Shown here: positions 50,180-61,232 of the stretch, piece after piece
Numbering within the stretch: position 1 is the stretch's first letter
Layout: each line of letters opens with the position of its first letter
Assembly: GCA_964291285.2 (NCBI GenBank)
Contig: OZ219786.1
Coordinates: 800,001 to 864,000, forward strand
Direction: 5' to 3'
Length of the DNA stretch: 64,000 bases
DNA from: Alphaproteobacteria bacterium
GTDB lineage: Bacteria; Pseudomonadota; Alphaproteobacteria; Bin95
The notes under the pieces: model-generated
Databases searched by the model: none
Told to the model about the DNA's origin: nothing
The model's input: the letters and a program-made list of their open reading frames with translations, nothing else
Made by a program: the position numbers and the translations under genes

Positions 50180-51346
50180 TCAGCCCTCCCCGACCGCGGC
50201 GACGACCTTGGCCGCCGCCTCGCCGAGGTCGTCCGCGGCGGTTATGGGTAGCCCGGACCGCGCGAGGATACGCTTGCCCTGCTCCACATTCGTCCCCTCG
50301 AGGCGCACCACCAGAGGCACGTCGAGGCTGACTTCATGCGCGGCTTCGACGACGCCGTCCGCGATCACGTCGCACTGCATGATGCCGCCGAAGATATTGA
50401 CGAGGATCGCCTCTACATTGGGGTCGGACAGGATGATCTTGAAGGCGCTGATGACGCGCTCCTTGTCCGCGCCGCCGCCGACATCGAGGAAGTTGGCGGG
50501 TTCCGCCCCCTGCAGCTTGATGATGTCCATCGTCGCCATGGCGAGTCCGGCGCCGTTCACCATGCAGCCGATATTGCCGTCGAGCTTGACGTAGCTGAAG
50601 CCGAGCGCCTCCGCCTGCCGCTCCACCGGCGTTTCCTCGTCCTCGTCGCGCAACTCGTCCACGCCGGGCTGGCGGAAGAGCGCATTGTCGTCGAAGCTCA
50701 TCTTCGCATCGAGGGCAAGCAGCGCACCGCTCCCGGTCACCACGAGCGGATTGATCTCGATGAGCCCGGCGTCGAGCTCGGTGAACGCCCTGTAGAGATT
50801 GGCGAGCAGCGCCGCCGCTCCGCGGACCTCCGCAGCCCCGAGCCCGAAGGCGGATGCAAGGCGGCGGCCGTGATGCGCCTGCACGCCGGTCGCCGGGTCG
50901 ATCGAAAAGGTGACAATCTTCTCCGGCGTCGCCTCGGCCACCTCCTCGATATTCATGCCGCCCTCTGTGGACGCAACGACGGTAACGCGCCCGACCGTCC
51001 GGTCCACGAGCATGGAGAGGTAAAGTTCGCGGCCGATGTCGCAGCCTTCCTCCACGTAGATGCGCTTGACCGTCTGCCCGTCCGGCCCGGTCTGGTGTGT
51101 CACCAGCGTGGTGCCCAGCAGGCCGGCCGCCGCCTCGCGCACTTCCGCGACCGAGCGCACCACCTTGACGCCGCCGGCCTTGCCGCGCCCGCCGGCGTGG
51201 ATCTGAGCCTTGACGACCCAGACCGGCCCGCCAAGCTTCTCCGCACCCTCGACGGCCTCATCCACCGTGTAGGCCACATGGCCGCGCGGCACCGGCACCT
51301 CGAAGCGCGCCAGCACACCCTTCGCCTGGTATTCGTGAATATTCAT
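50180..51346 (-). CDS. sucC: Succinyl-CoA synthetase beta subunit
   Basis: [38 protein letters not shown]. Confidence 0.98.
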   Translation of the reverse strand: MNIHEYQAKGVLARFEVPVPRGHVAYTVDEAVEGAEKLGGPVWVVKAQIHAGGRGKAGGVKVVRSVAEVREAAAGLLGTTLVTHQTGPDGQTVKRIYVEEGCDIGRELYLSMLVDRTVGRVTVVASTEGGMNIEEVAEATPEKIVTFSIDPATGVQAHHGRRLASAFGLGAAEVRGAAALLANLYRAFTELDAGLIEINPLVVTGSGALLALDAKMSFDDNALFRQPGVDELRDEDEETPVERQAEALGFSYVKLDGNIGCMVNGAGLAMATMDIIKLQGAEPANFLDVGGGADKERVISAFKIILSDPNVEAILVNIFGGIMQCDVIADGVVEAAHEVSLDVPLVVRLEGTNVEQGKRILARSGLPITAADDLGEAAAKVVAAVGEG

Positions 51347-51461
51347 CCGACGCTGCGCCGCGTGCGCGCCAATGCCATGCGACCCGCTCCGTCTTCTCTC
51401 TCTTGCCGCCGGGGCGGCGAGGCGATTGCCCGGATCGGGGAAACCGGCCCCATCGTTCGCG

Positions 51462-52469
<1,008 letters not shown>

Positions 52470-53738
52470 CTAATGGCTTTCATCCTCTGCGACAAGCGGT
52501 TCGCCAGCGGCGGCATCGCCCGACCAGGGGTCCATTTCATAGGCCGCAGGCGAGGTACGCGGCAACACGATGAAGGCGCCCTTCTCGGCCTCGTCCGCGT
52601 CCGCCCGCCGGGTCCGCCGATAGAGGGCGAACGTGCCGAGCCCCGCCGCCGCGCAGGCCACGCTGTCGAACAGCGCGCCCGGTCCGACGAGGTCCATGGC
52701 GAGCGCGGCGACCGGCGGCCCGACCACCGCGCCCGCACCGAATGCGATGAGCAGTCCCGCCGACGCCGGCACGCAGTCCTCCGGCGGAAGACGGTCGTTG
52801 GTGTGTGCGGCAGCCAGCGGATAGACCGCGAAGATCAGGCCGCCGAATACCGCGCCGAAGACCATCAGCAACTCCAGCGAGCCGTCGCCGAACACCCGGA
52901 AGACGAGGGCTGCGGCGAGCGAGGCGAAGCAGACGCCCGCCATCACCAGGCGGCGCTCGATGCGGTCCGAAAGCCTGCCGATCGGGAACGAGAGCATGAA
53001 CCCGCCGCCGATCAGCGCGAGCCAGAGCGCCGCCGCGCCGGATACGCCATGCCCGGCTGAGACCGCATAGACGGGCGTCAGCCCGTGCAGCGGTCCGATC
53101 ATGGCGCCCGCCAGCACTGCCGCCGCTATCCCGAGCGGAGAGATGCGCAGCAGGTCGCGGAAACGAAGCCGCGACGGCTGCGCCACTCCAGGCTGGGCCC
53201 TGTTGGAGAGCGACATCGGCAGCAGCGACAGCCCCAGCAATATCGATGCGATGCTGAAGAGCGCAAACCCGTCCGGGCTTGCGACCGTCATCAGCAGCGG
53301 GCCGGTGCCGAGCGCCGCGTAAACCGCCATCATGTAGGCGGATAGCGCAGAGCCCCGCCGGGCATTGCCGGACACGTGGTTGAGCCAGCTTTCCATCGCC
53401 AGCAGGACACCCGCCATCGCAAAGCCGTTTGCGAAGCGCACCGCCGACCAGACGAAGGGCCCGCCCACGAGCGCATAGATCAGTGCCGCCGCGGAAAGCA
53501 CGGTTGCGAAGCTCGCGAAGGCGCGAATATGGCCGACGCGGTCGATCACCCGGCCGGAAAGGGCGGATCCGCCAAGTTGGCCCGCGAAATAGGCCGTCGT
53601 CACCAGCCCTGCCACCGACGCGGCGAAGCCGGCGCTCTCCAGCCTCACGCCGATCAGGGCGGTGAGCAGTCCATTGCCGAGCTGGATGAGCGCCGCCGCT
53701 GCCAGGATCGGCAGGATAGGCCCCAGATAAGCGGGCAT
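52470..53738 (-). CDS. MFS transporter (YcaD-like)
   Basis: About 12 TM segments, RVGHIRAF, ESWLN, GRLSDRIERR, YPLAAAHTND. Confidence 0.9.
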   Translation of the reverse strand: MPAYLGPILPILAAAALIQLGNGLLTALIGVRLESAGFAASVAGLVTTAYFAGQLGGSALSGRVIDRVGHIRAFASFATVLSAAALIYALVGGPFVWSAVRFANGFAMAGVLLAMESWLNHVSGNARRGSALSAYMMAVYAALGTGPLLMTVASPDGFALFSIASILLGLSLLPMSLSNRAQPGVAQPSRLRFRDLLRISPLGIAAAVLAGAMIGPLHGLTPVYAVSAGHGVSGAAALWLALIGGGFMLSFPIGRLSDRIERRLVMAGVCFASLAAALVFRVFGDGSLELLMVFGAVFGGLIFAVYPLAAAHTNDRLPPEDCVPASAGLLIAFGAGAVVGPPVAALAMDLVGPGALFDSVACAAAGLGTFALYRRTRRADADEAEKGAFIVLPRTSPAAYEMDPWSGDAAAGEPLVAEDESH

Positions 53739-53778
53739 GAGGGCACCTCGCGGGGAGGATGGCGGCAGGGCGCGCGGT

Positions 53779-54906
53779 TCAGGCAGCCAGATGGCGGCGC
53801 GCGATATAGTCCTCCGCCTGCATCTCGATCAAGCGCGATGTCGTGCGGCGAAATATGTCGGCTCCAAGGCCCAGGGGATAGAGCCTGTCGGGGCCGGTCG
53901 CGGCCGACAGCACGAGGTTGCAGCGCGCTTCGTAAAGCGCGTCGATCAGGTTGATGAAGCGCCGCGCCTCATTGCGGTCTTCCGGGCGCATAGCCGGCAC
54001 GCCGGCGAGGATGAATGTGTGGAACCGCTCGGCCAGCGCCAGATAGTCGCCGGCGCCGAGCGGCTGGCGGCAAAGATCGTCGAAATGGAAGCGCGCCACG
54101 CCGCGCGCGGCCTCCGTTACGGCGACCTCGCGCCCCCGGACCGACACGGTATCCGGCGCGCCCCGCTCCATGTCGGTGAGGTCCCGGAAGGCCCGGTCGA
54201 GCTCAGCCTCGGCGGCGGGGCCGAGCGGCGCGTGATAGACTTGCCGCCCTCTCAGCCGCGCCAGCCTGTGGTCCCCGTCTCCTGCCAGTTCGAGCACGCG
54301 CAGGCGCTGCTGCAACATGTCGATGAAAGGCAGGAACCGCTCGCGCTGCAGGCCGTTGCGGTAGAGGTCCGCCGGCGGGGTGTTGGACGTTGCGACCGCG
54401 ACCACGTCCCGCGCCAGCAGCGCCTCGAACAGGCGGCCGAGGATCATCGCATCGGCGATATTGTCCACCTGGAACTCGTCGAAGCAGAGCAGGGCCGCTT
54501 CTTCCGCGACGGCCGCGGCGAGGCCCGGAATCGGATCGCCGGCGCGCTTCCGCATCCGGTGGGCGCGGTCATGCACTTCGGTCATGAAGGCGTGGAAATG
54601 CACCCGGCGCTTGGCCGCGACCGGCGCGGCCTCGAAGAAGAGGTCCATCAGCATGGACTTGCCGCGCCCGACCGCCCCGTGGATGTAGATGCCCTTCGGC
54701 GCCTCCGCTACCGGCTCGCTCCGGCGCATGAGGCCGAGCCGGGCCAGAAGCCCGCCCGTTCTGCCGGCGGCGGCGAAGGCCCCCAGGGCGTCATGCAGGT
54801 CCTGGAGCGCCCGCGCGCAGACTTCCTGGTCGGGGTCGCCGCTCAGCGCCTTCGCCGCGACCTGCGCGCGCCACGCCGCCAGCGGCCCTGCGGTGGACTC
54901 GGACAC
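53779..54906 (-). CDS. zapE: AFG1-family ATPase ZapE
   Basis: GAVGRGKSMLMDLF, RVHFHAFM, CFDEFQV, TSN, ARRFINLIDALYE; GTG start at 54906. Confidence 0.93.
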   Translation of the reverse strand: MSESTAGPLAAWRAQVAAKALSGDPDQEVCARALQDLHDALGAFAAAGRTGGLLARLGLMRRSEPVAEAPKGIYIHGAVGRGKSMLMDLFFEAAPVAAKRRVHFHAFMTEVHDRAHRMRKRAGDPIPGLAAAVAEEAALLCFDEFQVDNIADAMILGRLFEALLARDVVAVATSNTPPADLYRNGLQRERFLPFIDMLQQRLRVLELAGDGDHRLARLRGRQVYHAPLGPAAEAELDRAFRDLTDMERGAPDTVSVRGREVAVTEAARGVARFHFDDLCRQPLGAGDYLALAERFHTFILAGVPAMRPEDRNEARRFINLIDALYEARCNLVLSAATGPDRLYPLGLGADIFRRTTSRLIEMQAEDYIARRHLAA

Positions 54907-54917
54907 GGGCTTTCCCG

Positions 54918-56258
54918 TCAAGCGAAGGCGCGTTCCATCTCGCGCCGGAAGGCGACGGTCGGGTCGGTCGGGTCGATCTCGACATCGTCCCAGGTCACCG
55001 GCCGGCCGAAGGGTATGGCGTTGCGCAGCCGGACGCCGTGGGCGAGCCCGATGGGCAGGCCGCCGAGCGCCAGCGAGTCCGCCGACGGCATCAGCTTGCC
55101 CCAGACGCAGTAGCCGCCCTCCCCGTCCAGCATCTCGCCGGCCCCGAGATCGCGTTTCGCCGTGGCGACGACATCGCCGGCCCAGCCCTCCGCATGGCCG
55201 GTCGACTCGCCGCGCAGCGCCGCCGTCGCCACCGACACGCCGAGTTCCAGCCCGATCAGGTGCGAAGGCCGCCAGAGCGCCGCATATTCGCCGCTTTCGT
55301 CCGTGGAGACGTGGTATTCGGCGAAGCAGCGCTGCACATACTCGTCCGCCCCGGCGAAGGTCACATAGACCCCCTGGCGCAGGTTGTGCGGCACCTCCTG
55401 GCCGTTCGCGCCGAAGCAGGAGATCACCTCCACATAGCCGCCGCGGCCTTCCAGCGTGCCGCCGTCGGCCTCGGGTTTCAGCAGGCCGGCGAGCTCGTAA
55501 ACGGAGGCGGGGCGGAAGGAGAGGCCCTTGCGCGGCACATTGAGCCCGGTGGCGTTGGCGACGGCCGCCATCTCGATCCCGGACTTGGTGCCGTCCACGA
55601 AGGAGTTGAACATCTGCGCATTCATGCCGCCGAGCGCCGCCCGTTCGGCGTCGAGGCCGTAATACTCCCACACGGTCTCCGGCGTGGACTGGTGGTAATG
55701 CGCCATGTGCTTGGTGCCCTTGCCGGCCGCCACGACCTCGAGCCCGCACGTGCGCGCCCAGTCCACCATCTCGTAAATCAGCGCCGGCTGGTCGCCATAG
55801 GCCATCGCGCAGGCCACGCCCGCCTCCTCCGCCCTCTGCGCGAGCAGCGGCCCGGCGAGCACATCGGCCTCGACATTCACCATGACGATATGCCGCCCGG
55901 CCTCGAAGCAGGCGAGCGCATGGCGGATGCCCGCGGCCGGATTGCCCGTCGCCTCCACGACAACCTCGATGCCGTCGGTCCGGATGAGCTCCTGCGCGTC
56001 ATCGATGAGGAATGTCGTACCGTCCCTGAAGGCATCCGCGAAGGACGCGGCGCCGTAGCGCTCCGCCGGCCAGTTGATGCGCGCCAGTTGCGAGCGCGCC
56101 CGTTCCGGGTCCAGGTCGGCCACCCCGGCGACATGCATGCCCGTCGTCCGCCCGGCCTGGGATAGGAACATCGCTCCGAACTTGCCGCAGCCGATGACGC
56201 CGACCCGCACGGGCCTTCCCTCGGCGGCCCGCGCCGCCAGCATTCTCGACAGGTTCAT
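54918..56258 (-). CDS. Homoserine-dehydrogenase-like NAD(P)-binding protein with C-terminal SAF domain
   Basis: GCGKFG, VNVEAD, GDQP, DGTKS, AKRDL...LDGEGG. Confidence 0.88.
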   Translation of the reverse strand: MNLSRMLAARAAEGRPVRVGVIGCGKFGAMFLSQAGRTTGMHVAGVADLDPERARSQLARINWPAERYGAASFADAFRDGTTFLIDDAQELIRTDGIEVVVEATGNPAAGIRHALACFEAGRHIVMVNVEADVLAGPLLAQRAEEAGVACAMAYGDQPALIYEMVDWARTCGLEVVAAGKGTKHMAHYHQSTPETVWEYYGLDAERAALGGMNAQMFNSFVDGTKSGIEMAAVANATGLNVPRKGLSFRPASVYELAGLLKPEADGGTLEGRGGYVEVISCFGANGQEVPHNLRQGVYVTFAGADEYVQRCFAEYHVSTDESGEYAALWRPSHLIGLELGVSVATAALRGESTGHAEGWAGDVVATAKRDLGAGEMLDGEGGYCVWGKLMPSADSLALGGLPIGLAHGVRLRNAIPFGRPVTWDDVEIDPTDPTVAFRREMERAFA

Positions 56259-56387
56259 CCTCGCCTCCCGCTCCGCTGTCCCTGTAGCTAGACGACGCGG
56301 CAGGCAGCATCAAGACAGGCTTTCGAGCCGCAGCCGCAGTCGCTAGGTTTCGCGTCTCTTCCGCTTCTCTTGAGGAGTCCCGCTGCC

Positions 56388-57599
56388 ATGCCGCATTCCG
56401 CAGGCGCGCTCGCCGGCTATCGCGTAATCGACTGCACGCGGGTGCTCGGCGGCCCCTACTGCACCATGATCCTCGCCGACCACGGCGCCGAGGTCATCAA
56501 GGTCGAGCCGCCGCAGGGCGACGAGACGCGGGACTGGGGCCCGCCCTTCCGCGCCGACGGCGAGGCCGCCTATTTCCAGGGCGTCAACCGCAACAAGCGC
56601 TCCATCGGCCTCGACCTGTCCAGGGATGAGGGCAAGGCGGTGCTGATGCGCCTGCTGGAGGGCGCGGACGTCATCGCCGAGAACTTCAAGCCCGGCACGC
56701 TGGAGAAATGGGGCCTCGGCTACGAGGAGGTGCTGAGCCGGAGCTTCCCCAGGCTGGTGCATTGCCGGATCACGGGATTCGGCGCGGACGGGCCGCTCGG
56801 CGGCTTCCCCGGCTACGACGCGGTGATCCAGGCGATGTCCGGCATGATGAGCGTCAACGGCTCGCCCGAGAGCGGACCCGTGCGCGTCGGCACGCCGATG
56901 GTGGACATGGGCACCGGCCTGAATGCCGTCATCGCCGTCCTCATGGCGCTGCTCGAACGCGAGCGCTCCGGGCGCGGCCAGTTCCTCGACCTGACGCTCT
57001 ACGACTGCGCCGTCGCCCTCCTGCATCCGCAGGCCCCGAACTGGCTCATGTCCGGCAGGGCGCCGGCGATCACCGGCAATGCGCACCCCAACATCTACCC
57101 CTATGACGCCTTCCGCACGCGCGACAAGCAGGCCTTCCTCGCCATCGGCAACAACGGCCAGTGGGCGCGCTTCTGCGCTGCCATCGGCGCGGCTGAGTTG
57201 GCGGAGGATGCGCGCTTTGCAGACAATGCCTCCCGCTCGCGCAACCGCGCCGAGCTGAAGCCGCTGCTGGAGGCGAAGCTCGCGGAATTCGAGTGCGACG
57301 CGCTCTGCGAGACGCTGCTCCGCCAGGGCGTCCCGGCAGGGCCGGTGAACGCCATTCCCGAGGTCTTCACCCACCCGCACACGCTGCACCGGGGCATGCG
57401 CGCCTCGGTCGAGGGCGACGAGTGGGAGGCGCCCGGCATCGCCGCCAAGCTCTCGCGTACACCCGGCAGCGTGCGGGCCGCCCCGCCCTTCTTCGGCAAC
57501 GCCACCCGCGAGGTGCTGGCCGAAGCCGGCTACACCCAGGGCGAGGCCGAAGCCCTCATCGAAAGCGGAGTCGCGCTGACGGAACGTCGGCGGGGTTAG
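56388..57599 (+). CDS. CaiB/BaiF family III CoA transferase
   Basis: LGGPY...LADHGAEVIKVE, NRNKRS, ENFKPG, PGYD. Confidence 0.94.
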   Translation: MPHSAGALAGYRVIDCTRVLGGPYCTMILADHGAEVIKVEPPQGDETRDWGPPFRADGEAAYFQGVNRNKRSIGLDLSRDEGKAVLMRLLEGADVIAENFKPGTLEKWGLGYEEVLSRSFPRLVHCRITGFGADGPLGGFPGYDAVIQAMSGMMSVNGSPESGPVRVGTPMVDMGTGLNAVIAVLMALLERERSGRGQFLDLTLYDCAVALLHPQAPNWLMSGRAPAITGNAHPNIYPYDAFRTRDKQAFLAIGNNGQWARFCAAIGAAELAEDARFADNASRSRNRAELKPLLEAKLAEFECDALCETLLRQGVPAGPVNAIPEVFTHPHTLHRGMRASVEGDEWEAPGIAAKLSRTPGSVRAAPPFFGNATREVLAEAGYTQGEAEALIESGVALTERRRG

Positions 57600-57620
57600 C
57601 CCGGCATTCGAGCATGTTCT

Positions 57621-59048
57621 CTAATTGCGCCAGACGTCCCGCCATGCCGCGAACTCGGACGGCCTGACCCGGTAGCGCGCGAAATTGCCGTCATGCAGGC
57701 TAAGGAGCTCGCGCTCCGCGATCTCGCAAAAGCGTCCGCGTTCCGGCTCTTCAATATGTTGCGCGGTCCATGTCTCGACATGGGCGTTGGCCTGCATCTT
57801 GTCCATGCAGCCGCGGATGACGGCCCCGACGACTTCATGCAGGGCCGCCCGGTGCCTGAGCCGAAATGGGTCGGGCTCGCCCAGCGACTGGCGTACCGCA
57901 GCGTAGCGGGCGGCCGAGCGCTGGTACGCCCACAGGAACACGTCGCGAAGCAGCTCCGTGCGCCTCAGCTCGTAAACGCCGAGCACCGCCTCCGTGTAGA
58001 GGTCCCGCGGCACGTCCTCGAAGGACAGGGGCGACAGGTTGGCCCTGATGAGCGGAATGTTCGCCGCGAGGCGCGACACCCGCTTGTTGACGTCGTCGAA
58101 CGCCTGCAAATACGGGAAGTGAACCATCGCGAAGAAGGCCTGCTCGAAGGGGTCCTCGACGGCGGCCGCCGTGGCGAGAAGCCGGTCGAAACACTCCTCG
58201 ACAAGCTGCGGCGCTTCCAGCGGGTGGAAGACGGAGCCGTGGATGCCCACGCCGAACCGCCGCAGACGGCCGGGGGCATCCGGATCGGGCAGCAGGTTGT
58301 CCGCAAGCGCCGCATGCAGGTTCAGGACCGTGTAGCGGTCGAAGCCGATATCCTCCGCCGCATCAACGAGAAACTCGATGGCGCTCTTGTGGTTCAGGAT
58401 CATCTGCGCGTCGCGCCGGTCCTTCCCCTCCGCCGCCTCGCCGGCCTCGATGAGGCGCAGGGTGTCGAGCAGCGAATAGGTATTGCCCTCAAGGCGGCTG
58501 GAGTTCCACGACAGGTCGATCAGCAGCCGGTTGAGTATCTGCTTGGCGTAGGTGCCCGCGGGCTGTTCCGCGATGCCCGCCCGGCCGATTTCCCGAAGCT
58601 GCGCCCGCTCCTCCCGCGAGAGGTAGAAGCTGTCATTGGGCCGGTACGAGAACAGGAACTCCGGGTCGTAGCCGACCGGCTGGCGGACCGTCACCGGGCG
58701 CCGTACATATTCCAGGATTTCCGCGCCCGCCTCGGAAAGCGGTTGAGCTTCTGCTGCGGGTTTCTCCGGAACGGCGCCTACGAACGGCCGCTTCGTCTCC
58801 GCAAAAACAAGAAAGTCCGGCGGCTCGGACAGCATCACTCCCGGAACCCGGTAGCGTGCCCAGCGGCCCGAACCCGCCATGACGAGGCGTCCGCTGTCGA
58901 CGAGGGTCCTGAGGCGGTATTGCAGGGTCCGGCGCGGCGGCGCAGCTTCCAGCGCCCCGGCGATGTCCTGCAGGGCCGCGCCCTCGGGACGGCTCCGCAC
59001 AACCCGTTCTATCGCCTGTAGATTCTCTTCCCGAGTGCGCCCTTGCAT
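57621..59048 (-). CDS. Fic-family protein with N-terminal winged HTH
   Basis: WNSSRLEGNTYS, MILNHK, variant Fic loop PYLQAFDDVNKRVSR; start 59048 or 59072. Confidence 0.9.
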   Translation of the reverse strand: MQGRTREENLQAIERVVRSRPEGAALQDIAGALEAAPPRRTLQYRLRTLVDSGRLVMAGSGRWARYRVPGVMLSEPPDFLVFAETKRPFVGAVPEKPAAEAQPLSEAGAEILEYVRRPVTVRQPVGYDPEFLFSYRPNDSFYLSREERAQLREIGRAGIAEQPAGTYAKQILNRLLIDLSWNSSRLEGNTYSLLDTLRLIEAGEAAEGKDRRDAQMILNHKSAIEFLVDAAEDIGFDRYTVLNLHAALADNLLPDPDAPGRLRRFGVGIHGSVFHPLEAPQLVEECFDRLLATAAAVEDPFEQAFFAMVHFPYLQAFDDVNKRVSRLAANIPLIRANLSPLSFEDVPRDLYTEAVLGVYELRRTELLRDVFLWAYQRSAARYAAVRQSLGEPDPFRLRHRAALHEVVGAVIRGCMDKMQANAHVETWTAQHIEEPERGRFCEIAERELLSLHDGNFARYRVRPSEFAAWRDVWRN

Positions 59049-59187
59049 CTTGCCGCTCCGGTTTGCGCGCATTGCCCTACGCGCAAACTAAACCGGATAA
59101 ACGCAACCCGCAACCCTATGCGCAATACTCATTGCGCCTATGGCTGTACGCGCAATCCCGGTCCCCGGCACTCCACCCGCGGCGGAA

Positions 59188-59808
59188 CTAGCCCGGACGG
59201 GTCGTGACCCAGGTCATGCGGGCGTCGTAGTCCTGCTCGAAAGCCTCGATCTCGCCGAGGTACTGCATGGTGAAGTCGATGTCGTCGAGCCCCTGCAGCA
59301 CCTTGTTCTTCTGGAACGGGTCGATCTCGAAGCTCCAGGTGGACTGGTCGGGCGCAGTGACGGTCTGGCTCTCCAGATCGACCGTGACCTCGCCGCCCGG
59401 CCCCTCATGCAGCATCTCGCGCAGCCGCCGGCAGGTCTCGTCGGCCAGGCGGATCGGCAGGAAGCCGTTCTTCAGCGAGTTGTTGTAGAAGATGTCGCCG
59501 AAGGACGGCGCGATCACCGCCCTGAAACCCGCCGCGGCGAGCGCCGTCACCGCGTTCTCGCGCGATGAGCCGCAGCCGAAATTGCGGTCGGCGACCAGCA
59601 CCTGCGCGCCGCGGAAGCCCTCCCGGTTCATCACGAAATCCGGCTTCTCGGCGCCGTCGGCGTCGAAGCGCAGGTCGTGGAAGAGATAGGTGCCGTAGCG
59701 CTCGTCCAGCAGGCGGCTGAGGAAGCGCGCGGGGATCACCTGGTCGGTATCGACATTCAGCATGTCGAGCGGCGCGGCGACGGCGGAGAAAGTCTTGAAG
59801 GGTTCCAT
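59188..59808 (-). CDS. leuD: 3-isopropylmalate dehydratase small subunit-like
   Basis: NVDTDQVIPARFL, NFGCGSSRE, FGDIFYNN. Confidence 0.85.
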   Translation of the reverse strand: MEPFKTFSAVAAPLDMLNVDTDQVIPARFLSRLLDERYGTYLFHDLRFDADGAEKPDFVMNREGFRGAQVLVADRNFGCGSSRENAVTALAAAGFRAVIAPSFGDIFYNNSLKNGFLPIRLADETCRRLREMLHEGPGGEVTVDLESQTVTAPDQSTWSFEIDPFQKNKVLQGLDDIDFTMQYLGEIEAFEQDYDARMTWVTTRPG

Positions 59809-59824
59809 CTGCCTCGTCCTCCGC

Positions 59825-61219
59825 TCAGCCGAATTCGCGCACGTCTGCGAAGCGGCCGCTGACCGCCGCCGCGGCCGCCATAGCCGGGCTCACCAGATGG
59901 GTGCGCACGCCCGGCCCCTGCCGCCCGCGGAAATTGCGGTTGGAGGTGGACGCGGTGCGCTCGCCGGGGCGCGCAATGTCGCCGTTCATGCCGACGCACA
60001 TCGAACACGCGCTCTCCCGCCACTCGAAGCCCGCCTCGGTGAAGATGCGGTCGAGGCCCTCTTCCTCCGCCTGTTTCTTGATGAGGCCGGAGCCGGGCGA
60101 GACGAAGGCGTGGCCGACCCTGATCCGCCGCCCTTCCACCACCTTCGCGGCGGCGCGCAAATCCTCGATGCGGCTGTTGGTGCACGACCCGATGAACACC
60201 CGGTCCACCTCGATGTCGGTGATCGCCTGTCCGGCGGCGAGGCCCATATAGTCGATGGCGCCTTCGAGCGCGGCGCGGCGCTCCTCGTCCGGCTCGTCCG
60301 ACGGGTCCGGCACCCGGTCCGTCACCGCGACGGCGTTCTCCGGGCTCGTGCCCCAGGTCACCATCGGCGCAAGCGCGGCCCCGTCCAGCGCCTCCTCGCG
60401 GTCGAAGGCGGCGCCGGGGTCCGACGGCAGGCCCCGCCAGTGGGCGACAGCCTTGTCCCATTCCGCGCCGGCGGGCGCGAAGGGCCGGCCCTTCAGATAG
60501 TCGAAGGTCTTCTCGTCGGGCGCGATCATGCCGCATCGCGCGCCCGCCTCGATCGACATGTTGCAGACCGTGAGCCGCCCCTCCATCGAGAAGGCGCGGA
60601 TGAGCGAGCCCGCATATTCCACCGCGTAGCCCGTGCCGCCGACCGCGCCGATATGGGCGATGATGGCGAGGATCGCGTCCTTGCCGGTCACGCCGAAGGG
60701 GCGTTCGCCGTTGACGGTGATGCGCATGGTCTTCGGGCGCTTCTGCCAGAGCGCCTGCGTCGCCATGACATGGGCGACCTCGGACGAGCCGATGCCAAAG
60801 GCGATGGCGCCGACCGCGCCATGCGTCGAGGTGTGGCTGTCGCCGCAGACGATCACCAGCCCCGGCTGCGTGAAGCCCTGCTCCGGACCTACCACATGGA
60901 TGATGCCCTGGCGCGCGTCCTCTACCGGGAAATGCGTGATCCCATTGGCGGTGAAGTTCTCGGCGAAGACGCGGAAGATGCGCCTCATGTCCTCGGTGGC
61001 GAGGTCCTCGACGCGCCGGCTGGTGGTCGGCACATAATGGTCGGGCGTGCCGGCCATGCGGTCCGGCCGGCGCACCTCGATGCCGCGCTCCTTCAGCTTG
61101 GCGAAGCCTCCGGCCGAGCCGTCATGGCAGAGGTGGAAGGCGACATGCAGGAGGGTGTTGCCCTCGCGTTCCAGGATCGTGTGCGCGTCCCAGATCTTGT
61201 CGAACATCGTGGCTGGCAT
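59825..61219 (-). CDS. leuC: 3-isopropylmalate dehydratase large subunit-like
   Basis: DHYVP, CGDSHTSTHG, GSCTN, CSMC, STSNRNF. Confidence 0.85.
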   Translation of the reverse strand: MPATMFDKIWDAHTILEREGNTLLHVAFHLCHDGSAGGFAKLKERGIEVRRPDRMAGTPDHYVPTTSRRVEDLATEDMRRIFRVFAENFTANGITHFPVEDARQGIIHVVGPEQGFTQPGLVIVCGDSHTSTHGAVGAIAFGIGSSEVAHVMATQALWQKRPKTMRITVNGERPFGVTGKDAILAIIAHIGAVGGTGYAVEYAGSLIRAFSMEGRLTVCNMSIEAGARCGMIAPDEKTFDYLKGRPFAPAGAEWDKAVAHWRGLPSDPGAAFDREEALDGAALAPMVTWGTSPENAVAVTDRVPDPSDEPDEERRAALEGAIDYMGLAAGQAITDIEVDRVFIGSCTNSRIEDLRAAAKVVEGRRIRVGHAFVSPGSGLIKKQAEEEGLDRIFTEAGFEWRESACSMCVGMNGDIARPGERTASTSNRNFRGRQGPGVRTHLVSPAMAAAAAVSGRFADVREFG

Positions 61220-61232
61220 GGGCGCTGTGTCC

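Noticed and set aside
46876-50331. 1151-aa ORF antisense to sucA/sucD, and similar antisense ORFs over urt, thrS, istA and lpdA
   Set aside because: Antisense mirror frames of real genes with no recognisable motifs.
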